A program made the translations under genes and the position numbers. DNA of 64,000 bases from Anaeramoeba ignava BMAN (taxonomy: Eukaryota > Protista > Anaeramoebae). Shown one piece after another: positions 13,176 to 24,907 of the stretch (positions within the stretch are counted from its first letter, which is position 1; each line of letters opens with the position of its first letter). The notes beneath the pieces are model-generated. The model saw only the letters and a list, made by a program, of their open reading frames with translations, was not told the origin of the DNA and did no database searches. The stretch is taken from NCBI GenBank assembly GCA_028826165.1, contig JAPDFW010000065.1, forward strand, positions 186,001-250,000, written 5' to 3'.

Positions 13176-15748
13176 ATGTTTCGACATGAATTAATTAAAT
13201 CAAATTTAAACCTTGAAAATTCTTGTAAATCTGGTTTTCAAACAATAAATCCAGAAGAAATTATTTCTTTTGGAGGATCAAGTGGTTGGGGTTATCATAA
13301 TAATTTATATGTTTTTAATGTAAAAACTTGTTTATGGAAATTGATTGAAACTTCTGGTGATCCTCCTAGTCCTCGTTCTGGTGTTTCTACTGATATTTAT
13401 AAAGAAAATTTTGTTTATTTTTTTGGTGGTTTTGATAGAAGAGTTTATTTTGGTTTGTTTTCTTTTTCTTATAAAATAATAATTATAAAATAATATTTAA
13501 TTACAAAATAATAATTAATTATAAAATAATATTTAATTATAAAATAATATTTAATTATAAAATAATATTTATAAATAAAATAATATTTATAAATAAAATA
13601 ATATTTAATTACAAAATAATATTTAATTACAAAATAATAATTAATTACAAAATAAATTTTAATTATTAAAATAATTAATTATAAAATTAATCAATTAAAA
13701 AATAATATTTAAATAAAATTTATTTAATTATAAAAATAATATTTAATTATAAAATAATATTTAATTATAAAATAATATTTATAAATAAAATAATATTTAA
13801 ATATAAAAATAAATTTAATTATAAAAATAATAATTAATTATAAAAATTAATTAATTATAAAATAAAATTATAAAAATAATATTTAATTATAAAATAATAT
13901 TTCAATTAATTATAAAATAATAATCAATTATAAAATAATATTTAATTATAAAATAATATTTAATTACAAAATATTAATTAATTATAAAATAATATTTAAT
14001 TATAAAATAATATTTAATTATGTTTATAAATAAAAAATATTTATAAATAAAATAATATTTAATTACAAAAAATAATATTTGATTACAAAATAATAATTAA
14101 TTACCTCATAAAATAATATTTAAATACAAAAAATTTTTATAAAATAAATTATAAAATAATATTTAATTATAAAAATAATAATTAATTATAAAATAATATT
14201 TAATTATAAAATAATATTTATAAACAAAATAATATTTATAAATAAAATAATATTTAATTATAAAATAATAATTAATTATAAAATAATAATTAATTATAAA
14301 ATAATATTTATAAACAAAATAATATTTATAAATAAAATAATATTTAATTATAAAATAATAATTAATTATAAAATAATAATTAATTATAAAATAATATTTA
14401 ATTATAAAATAATATTTATAAACAAAATAATATTTTATAAATAAAATAATATTTAATTATAAAATAATAATTAATTATAAAATAATAATTAATTATAAAA
14501 TAATAATTAATTATAAAATAATATTTAATTATAAAATAATATTTAATTACAAAAATAATATTTAATTATAAAATAATATTTAATTATAAAATAATAATTA
14601 ATTATAAAATAATAATTAATTATAAAATAATAATTAATTATAAAATAATATTTAATTATAAAATAATATTTAATTATAAAATAATATTTAATTATAAAAT
14701 AATATTTAATTATAAAATAATATTTAATTATAAAATAATATTTAATTATAAAATAATATTTATAAATAAAATAATATTTAATTATAAAATAATATTTATA
14801 AATAAAATAATATTTAATTATAAAATATTAATTAATTATAAAATAATATTTAATTATAAAATATTAATTAATTATAAAATAATATTTAATTATAAAATAA
14901 AATAATATTTAATTATAAAATAATATTTAATTATAAAATAATAATTAATTATAAAATAATATTTATAAATAAAATAATATTTAATTACAAAATAATATTT
15001 AATTACAAAATAATATTTATAAAAAGATGACTTTTTTAAATTGGATATAACAACATGGACATGGGAATCACTTCCACAAAAACCTCAAGGAAGACATTCA
15101 CATAGCGGGAACATACACGAAGATAATTATTACATATTTGGAGGAAGATTTGATCATGACGGAACAAGAGATAATATATTATGGAAATACTCAATCAAAC
15201 AAGAAAAATGGGAACAAGTTGAGCCATTAGGAAAAAAACCAATCAGTCGCTCATCTCACATAGGCATGATATTCCAAGACGCGCTTTATATTTACGGTGG
15301 TGCTGGTCCAATTAACGAAGCCTTGAGAGACCTTCATTTTTATTCAATTTTTGACAACACATGGAATGAAATTATAGTCCCTGAAGCAGAAATTCCTCCT
15401 CCCTTAATTGCATCCTCCGCAGTTAAATGCGGCTCTAGATTAATTCTTGTCGGTGGAAAAATTTTAGAAGACAAAAAAAGAACAGACTTGAACACAGTTT
15501 TCCAATATGATTTTATCCAAAACAATTGGTCTGAATTATCCCCTTGGTCAGATGAAACTCTCTTCCCAAAAAGAAGCTCTCATGTTTGTGCTCTCGCTGA
15601 TTATAAAATTGTTCTCTTTGGTGGAGAAGTTTTGAAAAATGAATTTTATTTTAAACATTTAAATGATGTTTGGATTCTTCATCTTATTCAAGATTTACCA
15701 AAAGATTTATTAGAGTTTAGTAAACAAAATTTACTCTTTGATATTTAA
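13176..15748 (+). CDS. Kelch-repeat (galactose-oxidase-type) beta-propeller protein; intron 13453-15026
   Basis: Six Kelch blades with GG motifs (FGGSSG, FFGGFD, IFGGRF, IYGGAG, LVGGKI, LFGGEV) and PxxRxxH. Splicing gives RVYF-DDFFKLDITTWTW. Confidence 0.85.
13453..15026 (+). repeat. Minisatellite intron, ~18-bp unit TAAAATAATATTTAATTA
   Basis: 1574-nt intron made almost entirely of degenerate TAAAATAATATTTAATTA / TAAAATAATAATTAATTA units. Confidence 0.85.
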
Positions 15749-15901
15749 GAAAAACTTTTTTATGGTTGAAACTTTTTTTTTAAATTAAGAATTTTTGATA
15801 TTTTTTTGGAAAATGTTTTTAGAAAAATTTAATCAAAATTCCATTTTTTATTTTTTAATTTTTAATTTTAATTTTTTCATTTTTTTTCTTTTCTTTTTTT
15901 T

Positions 15902-17012
15902 ATGACAGAAACTTATTCGATAGTTGTTTGTTTTAAATTTTTAAAATTTTATCATAATTTTGATGATTTTTTTTACTCAATTAAAAAAATTATATAAAAT
16001 TTTATTTGGTTTAGATTGCTGGAGATGGAGGAGTTGGAAAGTCTTCTATTACATTAAGATTTGTTAATAACGTAAAATCTTAAAAAAATTTTACAATTAA
16101 ATCTTTAATAAAAAAAAATTTAAAAAATGAAAAAAAATGAAAAAAAAAATTTTTTAGGTTTTTGTGGATAAATATAATCCAAGTTTAGGTAATATATTAA
16201 TTTTGAGAACTATAATATTTACAAATTTCACACTAAATGTTCTCTTTGAATTTTATACTCTTTATATTTCTATTTTACTTTTAGAAAATTCTTATCGAAA
16301 AACTTTGGAAGTTGACTCCAAAATATTCATGCTTGAGATCACTGATACAGCAGGACAAGGTTAGTTAATCAATAGATATTCTATTGCAAAAATTATAGAA
16401 AATTTCTAATAGAGAAAGAAAATAAAATAAATGATTATTCAAAATTATAACAAAATCGGAAAATTTTTTTGAAATCAATAAAAATGCTAATTTTTTTGTT
16501 TCTTTTTTTTTTCGATCATAAAAAAATCTTTTTTGGAAAACAGAGGAATTTAGAAGTATTCGTGATTTTCAATTGAATAAATCCGATGGGTTTATTCTTG
16601 TTTACAGTCTTTTTGAAAAATCAACGCTTGATGAAATTTCAAGTATTCGAGATAAAATCCTTTTACTTCAAAATCTTGAAAAAGATGATTTAAAAACAAA
16701 AAAAGTGCCAATTGTGATTGCAGGAAATAAAGTGGATCTTGAAAAGGATCAACAACGTGAAGTTTATGCAAAAGAAACAAAAGAACTTTCTAAATCATGG
16801 GGAATACCTTTCTATGAAACAAGGTTATTTCAATATTTATATTTTTTTATTAAAATAATTTTTTTTATTTAAATTTTTTTTAATTTAAATTTTTTAGTGC
16901 AAAAGAAAATATAAATATTGATATTTTATTTATTCAATGTGTTAGAAGAATAAGACAATATAAACAAAAACCTGTTCCTTCTCATTCAAAAAAGTTTTGT
17001 TTAATTCTTTAA
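15902..17012 (+). CDS. Ras-family small GTPase; introns 15926-16014, 16072-16157, 16189-16284, 16360-16543, 16824-16897
   Basis: Spliced product MTETYSIVIAGDGGVGKSSITLRFV...YNPSLENSY...DTAGQEEF...GNKVD...ETSAK...KKFCLIL* has all G1-G5 boxes and a CAAX box. Confidence 0.92.
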
Positions 17013-17179
17013 TTTCTTTGATTTTGTAAAAAAAATCCACTTTATTTTCACTTTTTTTTTTCACTTTTTTTTGCTTTTTTTTTTTCTAATTAATTTGCTA
17101 ATTCAATAAAAAAAATTCTCACAAAAAAAAATTTATTTTTGTTTTTTATTTTTTTATTTTTTGTTTTGTTTTTTGAGAA

Positions 17180-20100
17180 TTAATTAAAATTTGGATTAAA
17201 TTTTTGAGAAGCTTTTCGAAGATCATTTAATGCTGAAAACATAAGTCGATCTTTATGAGAAATTTCTTTTGAAAGTCTTCCAATTTCTTTTTGTTGAATT
17301 TTATTAAAATAATCTGAAATTGTATTGTTTTTGATTTTTCCTCTAAATTTACTTAAATCAATAGCATTTCCAGCATTTGGTTTTAATTGATTTGAATTTG
17401 AATTTGAATTTGATTGATTTAATTGATTTAATTGATTAATTCTTTCTTCTGAAATTTGTTGTAATTTTAATTGTAATTGTTTGTTAATTCGAATAAATTC
17501 ATTTAATTTATTAAGAATAAATTGATATTGATTTCCATCATTTTTTTGCATCATTTGAGATGCAATTTCTAGTTTTTGTTCTCCTAATTTTAATAATACG
17601 TTTGCTTCATCTTCTTTTTGTTTCATTTTCTCTTCATTTAATTGTATTTCTGTTTTTAAGTCTTCATTTTCTAAATTTAAATTTCGATATTTTTGTTGTT
17701 GTTGAAATAATTGTTCTCTATAAGTTGCACAATTATTTTTAAGTTGTTGATTTTCTTGAATGAATTTTTGTGTGTTTTTTGTTAGTGTTTCTTTTTCAAG
17801 TTCTAAATTATAAATTATGTTTTTGAGTCTTTCAATTTCTTGTTGAAGTTTTTCTATTTGGTTTACTAAATATTCATTTTCTTCTTCTTTTTCTTTTAAT
17901 TGATTTAATAAATATTCTTTTTCTTTTAATTGATTTACTAAATATTCATTTTCTTCTTCTTTTTCTTTTAATTGATTTAATAAATTTTCATTTTCTTGAT
18001 TAAATGGAAATGTTCTGTTATATTCATCTGATTCATTCTCAATGAAATTTTGATTGATTAAATATCTATTTCCAATAACTTGTGGAAATGCTTCTTTTTT
18101 ATGAATTTTTATTCTTGGATTTTGATTTTGAGAAGACAATATTTGTTCATTTCTGAATTGTTTGATTTCTGAATCAAGTTGAGTTGATTTAGTTAGAATT
18201 TCTTTTTCTTTTTGAATTGATTCATTCAATTTATTTTGTGTTTGATTTCTTAATTCTTCCATGAAATATAATTGTTTATCAATTTCTAGTTTTAATTCTT
18301 TATTTTGTTGTAATAGTTGAATCATTTTTTCAATATCATTTTCAAGATCTTTTTTCATTTCTTCAATTGAATCAATTAATTCTTGATCATCTTTATCATT
18401 CAAATCTTTTTGAAGATTATTCATGAGTCTGTTCTCTGAAGAAATTGAAAATGGATTTTTTCTTTTTGAGTGAGAAAATAAAACATTTCCTTCATTTTCA
18501 GTTTCTTTTCTCAAATCATCCATTTTTTGTAATAAATCCAAATTATCTTTGTTTTGATTGTTAAATTGTAATGGAGAATTTTGTGATGGAAAATTTAATT
18601 GGTTTTTGGCTTCTTTTAATTTGGAAGAAATATCTTTGAATTCTTCTTTCATTTCATTCAATTCTTCTTCAATTAGTTCTTTTTGGTTTAATAAATTGTG
18701 AATATTTCTTGCTTCTTGAGAAACAAATTCTAGTTGAATAAGTTCATTTTCTTTAAGAATAATTTTTCTTTCAAGTTCTTTAATTTGATCCAAAAGATTT
18801 TCCAATCCTTTTCCACATTTAAATGCTTCATTTTCTAAAAAGATTAATTTGCTTGATGTATCTTCAATTTGTTTTTGTTTTTCTTCCAACTCATTCTGTT
18901 TGATTTTTAAAGCCTTTTTCAATTTTTTAAATTGTCTTGATTTTTCAATAATTATTTGATTTAATTCCTCCAAATTATCTTGTTGTTGATTTCCTTGTTG
19001 ATTTTTGGGATAGTTATATTTCTCTTTTTGCTCTTTCTTAATTTGCTTCTGGATCTTCTTCAGTTGAGCTTCTTTATTCGCAAGTTTGTTTTGAAATGAT
19101 TGCAATTCTTGTTGATTAGCGAGAAAATTTTGTTTTAATTTTTCATAACTTTCTTTTTCCTTTTCAAGATTTTGCCATTCCATTTCAATTTGTTGGTAAT
19201 CCACAAGTTTTTGATTTAATTTTTGGATTTGGTTGTCTTTAAATAATAATTGTTGTTCCAAATAATTTTCTGTTTGATTAATTTCATTTTTCTTTTCGAA
19301 ATTTTTATTACTTTCTTGAGATTTCAACAAATCAATTTCTGATTGTTGTGAAATTATTTCATCTTTTAATACTTCAAGTAAAGATAATGGAGATGAATGA
19401 TCCAAATTTAATTGATTTTCAATAGATATTACTTTTTGGTTCAATTCCATTTTTTCTTGAATAAATTTTTTATTTTCCGTTTCTAATTGTAAATTTTTTG
19501 ATTGAAAGCTCATAAGTTGTTTTTGATTTGGATCTTGATCTTTTCCAGTTTTTTGTAAATTTGAAGTGTAATTATCGAGATCTTGTTTGATTCTCTTGTT
19601 TTCAGATTCCAAATCTTTGATTTTTTGTGTTAATTCCGAGGTTGCTTTTTCTTGTTGTTTCTGTTTGTTTTCTGGAAGAAGAAGGTATTTTGTTTCTGTA
19701 GTTGTTGATTTATCAATAAGAATTTTAGTTTCTTGTTGTTTTGAATCAACTAATTTTGATTGTTGAATCAATGATTCATTTTGGTTTTCAAGAATTCCTT
19801 GTTTTTCAATCAATTCTTGAATTTGTTTGTTTTTTTCGATAATAAGAGTATCTTTTTCTCTAATTACTCTGACCATTTCCATCATCTGTTGTTGAATTTG
19901 GTTTTGTTTTGATTTTTCTGAAGATTCTTTTTGTAATTTATCAGTTTGGTCTTGATTTTCCTTTTGAAGTTCAGATTGATTTGAATCAATTAAACTTCTT
20001 TGTTTTTTTGTTTCTGCTTCAGTTTGTTGTTTTTCCAATTGAGAAAATTGTTTTTCCTTTTGAAGAAGAATCATTGCCTCCTGGATATTTTGTTCTTGTT

Positions 20101-22752
20101 GTTGGACTTTATCCAATTCATTTTGTAAATGCTCAAGAATTAATTGTGGGTTTTGATTTCCAAGTTCTTCTAATTGCTTGGATTCCATAATATTTGAAAC
20201 AACTGGTTTTAATTTTTCTAAATCCATATCATTTAATTTAATATGTTGCTTTTTTTCTTTTACTTGATCTTTTGAATCGATCAAACTTGCTTTTTCTTGT
20301 TCTAATTTTTGGAAATTTGATTCCATTGATTTTAATTCCTTTTTGATTTTGATTTTTTCCAATTTGAGTTTAGCCATTTTTGTTTTTGAATCATCTTTTT
20401 GCAGTTCAGGATTTGTTTGTTCATCCAAATAATTTAAACGGTTTTTCTTTTCTTCAATTTGATCTTTTAATTTTGTTAAATCTTTTTCTAATTCTAAATT
20501 TTTTTGAGCTTGAGGATTTGAATCCATTTGTTTTTCAATGATTAAATTTTGGAATTCTTTGATTCCATTTTCTAATTCTTTTTTTTTGGAATTAAGAATT
20601 TGTTGTTGAGATTGAAGTTGTTGAATTTGATTTTGATTATTTTCAATAATTTCAAGTGGTTTATGTTCTTGAGGTTTTTTATAATTTAAATTTTCTGTTT
20701 GTTTTGGTTGATGAGTAAAAACTGTATTTGGACCCTAAATTTAAAAATCCAATTCAATTAAATTTAAAAAATCAATTTAAAAATTCAATTTAATAATTCG
20801 ATTTAAAAATTCAATTTAAAAATTCAATTTAATAATTTGATTTAATAATTTGATTTAATAATTCAATTTAAAAATCAATTTAAAAATTTGATTTAATAAT
20901 TCAAAATTTACATCAGATAATTGTTTCCATGTAAATTGTCCTCCAAATTCATTCCAATCACCTTGAAATGATTGATCAATTTTATAAAAAGCTAATTCTT
21001 GTTGAACTGAAAAAAGTAATTCTGTTGTTTGAGTTAATTCTTGTGTTTTTTTAGCCAAAAGTCTTGATTTAGTTTCATTTTGTTCTTTATATCTATCTCT
21101 TTGTTGAGAAGCTTCTTGATAATTTTGTTTTGTGGAATTTAATTCATTTTGTGTTTGTAATAAATTTTGTTCTAAACTTGCATTTTCTTTTTTTAATTTT
21201 AAAATTTCTGATTTTGCATTTTTAAGTTCTTCTTCCAAATTAGAAATTTCTTCTTGTTTGAATCTTTCATTTGCTTTTTTTCTTGCTTCTTCATTGATTT
21301 TTTCTCCATCTAATTCTTGTAAATTTGGTAAATGAAAGATGATAAAGTCTTTATAATGGTCTAATTTAAAAATAGGATTATCATTAAGTGAAATAGTTGA
21401 TAAATTTGGGAGATCTTTTAAGAGTAGAATATCTTTTAACTAATTTTATAAATGAATTTTAATTTCAAAATGATTTTAATTTTATAAATGAATTTTAATT
21501 TTATAATGAATTTTAATTTTAATTTTAAATGAATTTTATAAATGAATTTCAAAATGATTTTAATTTTATAAATGAATTTTAATTTTATAATGAATTTTAA
21601 TTTTATAATGAATTTTAATTTTATAAATGAATTTTAATTTCAAAATGAATTTTAATTTTATAAATGAATTTTAATTTCAATTTAATTTTAATTTTTAATT
21701 TTAATTTTAATTTTAATTTTAAATTTATAATGAATTTTAATTTTATAATGAATTTTAATTTGAATTTTAATTTCAAAATGAATTTTAATTTTATAAATGA
21801 ATTTTAATTTTATAAATAAATTTTAATTTTAAAATGAATTTAAATTTTATAAATGAATTTGGATTTTAATGAATTTAAATTTTTTAAAATTTTAATTTTA
21901 AAATTTTATAAATGAATTTTAAATATAATTTTGTAAAGTGATGTTAATTTTAAATTAAAATAAATGAATTTAAATTTTTAATGAATTTTAATTTCCTGAT
22001 AAATTTAATTTTTATAAATTTTTAAATGTTCAATATTTTTTCAATTTTAAAATTTGATTTTGATTTTTAAATCTAATAAATGAATTTTAATTTCAAAATG
22101 AATTTTAATTTCCAATTTCAAAATGAATTTTAATTTCAAATGATTTTAATTTTATAAATGAATTTATTTTAAATTTTTAAATGATCTAATTTTTCAATAA
22201 ACTATTTTTTAAATGAAAAAAATATTTTAATAAAAATTCTTGAATTCTTTTTGAATTTTTTTTGAATTTGCCCTTCTTTTCCCGATTTAAATGAAGATTT
22301 AATTTTAAAATGTTTAATAAATTTTGTTCTTTCGTTTTCTTTGATTAAATCTTCAATTTTTAATATAACAATTTTTGAAAATGAAGAAATTTTTAAAACA
22401 TTTTTCAATAAACTATTTTTAAATGAAAAAAAATAAAAATTTTTTGTTCATTTTTTTTGGTTCATTTTTTTTTTGGAAATTAAATAAAAAATAAATTAAA
22501 TAATTACGGAATTTTATTTTGTATTGTTGATTTTGGTTTTGGTTTTGTTTGTGATTTTGATTTGTTTTGATTTTGAATTGGATTTTTTTTAACTAATTTC
22601 TTGGATCTTTGACCTGTTGTTTTTGATTGTTTTTTATCAATATTTTGTTGTTGTTTATTATTAGGTGTGTTTGATTTATTTGTTTGAGAAAGATCCTTAA
22701 TAGATTTTCTTGGTTTTCTTAAAATTTTCTGGTTATTTTTTTGACTTGACAT
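17180..22752 (-). CDS. CNTRL: Centriolin/CEP110-like LRR + long coiled-coil protein; exon 1 22752-22508, LRR exons ~22430-21960 corrupted, exon 21439-20912, intron 20911-20735, last exon 20734-17180
   Basis: LRR C-cap LKDLPNLSTISLNDNPIFKLDHYKDFIIFHLPNLQELDGEKINEEARKKANERFKQEEISNLEEEL matches, from recollection, the centriolin pattern HYxxFxIFHLxxLxxLxG...RF..EE..LE. It is followed by >1100 aa of coiled coil. Confidence 0.6.
21440..21950 (-). repeat. Intronic (AAAATT)n / AAAATTCATTTAT repeat on the sense strand
   Basis: The plus strand shows ATTTTAATTTTATAAATGA units, the reverse complement of the intronic repeat in plus-strand genes. Confidence 0.75.
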
Positions 22753-22844
22753 TTTTGTTGTTTTTTTTTTTAAAAAGAAAAAATAAAAAAAAGAAAAAAA
22801 ATGAATAAAAATTTTTTTTTCATTTTTTTTTTAATTTTTAAAAA
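22753..22844. promoter_or_regulatory. 92-bp bidirectional promoter with back-to-back TCATTT motifs
   Basis: Divergent ATGs at 22752 (-) and 22845 (+); AAAATGAA (minus-strand TTCATTTT) ~22798-22805 and TTTCATTTT ~22818-22826. Confidence 0.5.
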
Positions 22845-24842
22845 ATGAATTTTCTTTCTTCTTTAAAAAGTAAAAAAACTTGGATTTGTGTTGCTGTTAC
22901 TGGAATTATTGGTGGAATTTTTTATTATTATAATCATAAACCCAATGAAATTGCACAAAAATGGATGAAATTAGAAAAAAATACAAAAATCAAAAAGGAA
23001 ATAAAAACTTATATTGAAAATAAAAATTGGGAAAAATTAGATGAACTTTTTAGAATAGAAATGCCACTTTTTGGAGGAGAAATGATTGAAAATATATCAA
23101 CTGGTTATGTCAAAATGAATGAAATCACAATTTCCTTAATTGGACAAGCTTTATGCAGATTTTCACAAAGAAAATTCCAAGAAAAAATTGAACAAAAAGG
23201 AATTGTTATTGGTTTTGATTTGAGGAAAAAATCTTATAAATTTGCTGTCAAAATTGCAAATATTTTTATGTCTCAAAATATTCCTGTTTTTCTATTTGAA
23301 AGACCTATTCCAACACCATATCTTTCATTTTCAATTACTTTTCTTGATGTTCTTTGTGGCGTTATGATTACTGGTTGTTCAAAAGAACCAAATTCAAATG
23401 GAATTCGAATTTTTTGGAAAAATTCTTCTTTATTATCAAATTTATCTAATGAAAATATTTTGAAACGTGTTAAGAATAATAATGATATTCTTTGGAATGT
23501 TCCTAATCAAATTTCTAATGCAACTTTATGCAAACCTGTTTTGGATTTCAGGAAAAAATATACAGAAGAAATGATGAAGAATTTTCATATTTTTATGGAT
23601 GAATCATTTGAAGATCTTCAAAATCGGATTGAAAATGAAAATCAATTTATAATTGAAAATGAATTAGAAAATAATGAAAATCAATTTATAATTGAAAATG
23701 AAAATGAAAATGAAAATGAAAATGAAAATGTTCAAATGTTTAAAATTCAAGAATCCATTTTCCATCCTTCAGAAAAAATCATTTTTACTGCTTTGCACGG
23801 TATCTCATATCAAGAAGTTATCAATTTATTCCAAGCTTTGAAAATAGAAAAACCTCTTATTGTTGAATCTCAATGCAAACCAGATAAAAAATTTCCTGAA
23901 ATTCCAAATCCAAATTTAGAATTGGGATACCCTGTTTTCCAAAAAGCAATTAGTATGGAAAATGAAACAGGCGCAACACTAATCCTTGCTGTTGATCCTG
24001 ATGGAGATCGATTTGCAGCAGCACAGAAGATTCGTTCAAATTGGTATTTTTTCCAACCTCATGAAATTGCACTCATTTTTAGTTGGTGGATTTATTCAAA
24101 TTTTCGAAAAAAATATCCTGAAATTTTCCCATCAAAAATGGTTATGATTTCAACAATAACTTCTGCGAGCATTCTCAAAGAAATGGCGAGAGTTGAAGGA
24201 TTCAAATATTATGAAACACTTCCAGGTTTCCATTCAATTGGCAGGAAAGCATCTAAATTGAAGAAAAAATTGGAAGCTGTTTGGATCTTATTTGGATTTG
24301 ATAACAATTTTTCATTCATGTTGAACTCATCTTTTCTGTATCCTGATGGGATTGCTTCATGCGCTTTATTTGCTTTAATTTCCAAAAGACTTGCTTTGCA
24401 GAAAAAAAGTGTTTTCCAAAAATTAAAAGAATTGGAAAGAAAATATGGGCATTTTTACTATTTAAAAAGTTATTTTGAAGTAAAAAATGAAGAAGATGTC
24501 AAAGAAATATTTGATTTTGTTAGAAATAATGGTGATTATTTTTCTAAAGTTGATCATTTGGTTGTTAAATCTGTTCGAGATGTTGCTAAAAATTATGACA
24601 ATTCAGTCCATTCTCATCAACACAATTTTTCTGATTTTGATTCAAAGTTTGAAATGATTTCTTATTATTTTACAAACGATTTAACTATCCATATTTTGAA
24701 TAATGGACACAATTTGAAAATTGAATATTTTATTGAATGGAAAAGTGTTTCATCCAAAAAACATTTTGAAAATCTTGTTCAAATTTTAATTAAAGAATTA
24801 TTAGAACCAAAATTGAATCCAAAAGAAAATGACAAAAAATAA
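22845..24842 (+). CDS. Phosphoglucomutase/phosphopentomutase (PGM2-type alpha-D-phosphohexomutase) homolog with N-terminal membrane anchor and degenerate active site
   Basis: GIVIGFDLR, PTPYLSF, FTALHG, QCKPDKKFP..PNP, metal loop DPDGDR, YETLPGF. The catalytic TASHNP loop reads TGCSKEP. Hydrophobic N-terminal segment WICVAVTGIIGGIFYYY. Confidence 0.8.
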   Translation: MNFLSSLKSKKTWICVAVTGIIGGIFYYYNHKPNEIAQKWMKLEKNTKIKKEIKTYIENKNWEKLDELFRIEMPLFGGEMIENISTGYVKMNEITISLIGQALCRFSQRKFQEKIEQKGIVIGFDLRKKSYKFAVKIANIFMSQNIPVFLFERPIPTPYLSFSITFLDVLCGVMITGCSKEPNSNGIRIFWKNSSLLSNLSNENILKRVKNNNDILWNVPNQISNATLCKPVLDFRKKYTEEMMKNFHIFMDESFEDLQNRIENENQFIIENELENNENQFIIENENENENENENVQMFKIQESIFHPSEKIIFTALHGISYQEVINLFQALKIEKPLIVESQCKPDKKFPEIPNPNLELGYPVFQKAISMENETGATLILAVDPDGDRFAAAQKIRSNWYFFQPHEIALIFSWWIYSNFRKKYPEIFPSKMVMISTITSASILKEMARVEGFKYYETLPGFHSIGRKASKLKKKLEAVWILFGFDNNFSFMLNSSFLYPDGIASCALFALISKRLALQKKSVFQKLKELERKYGHFYYLKSYFEVKNEEDVKEIFDFVRNNGDYFSKVDHLVVKSVRDVAKNYDNSVHSHQHNFSDFDSKFEMISYYFTNDLTIHILNNGHNLKIEYFIEWKSVSSKKHFENLVQILIKELLEPKLNPKENDKK

Positions 24843-24907
24843 ACAAAACAAAAATAAACAAAACAAAAATAATAAACAAAACAATTTTTTTTCCAATTTT
24901 TGATTTT

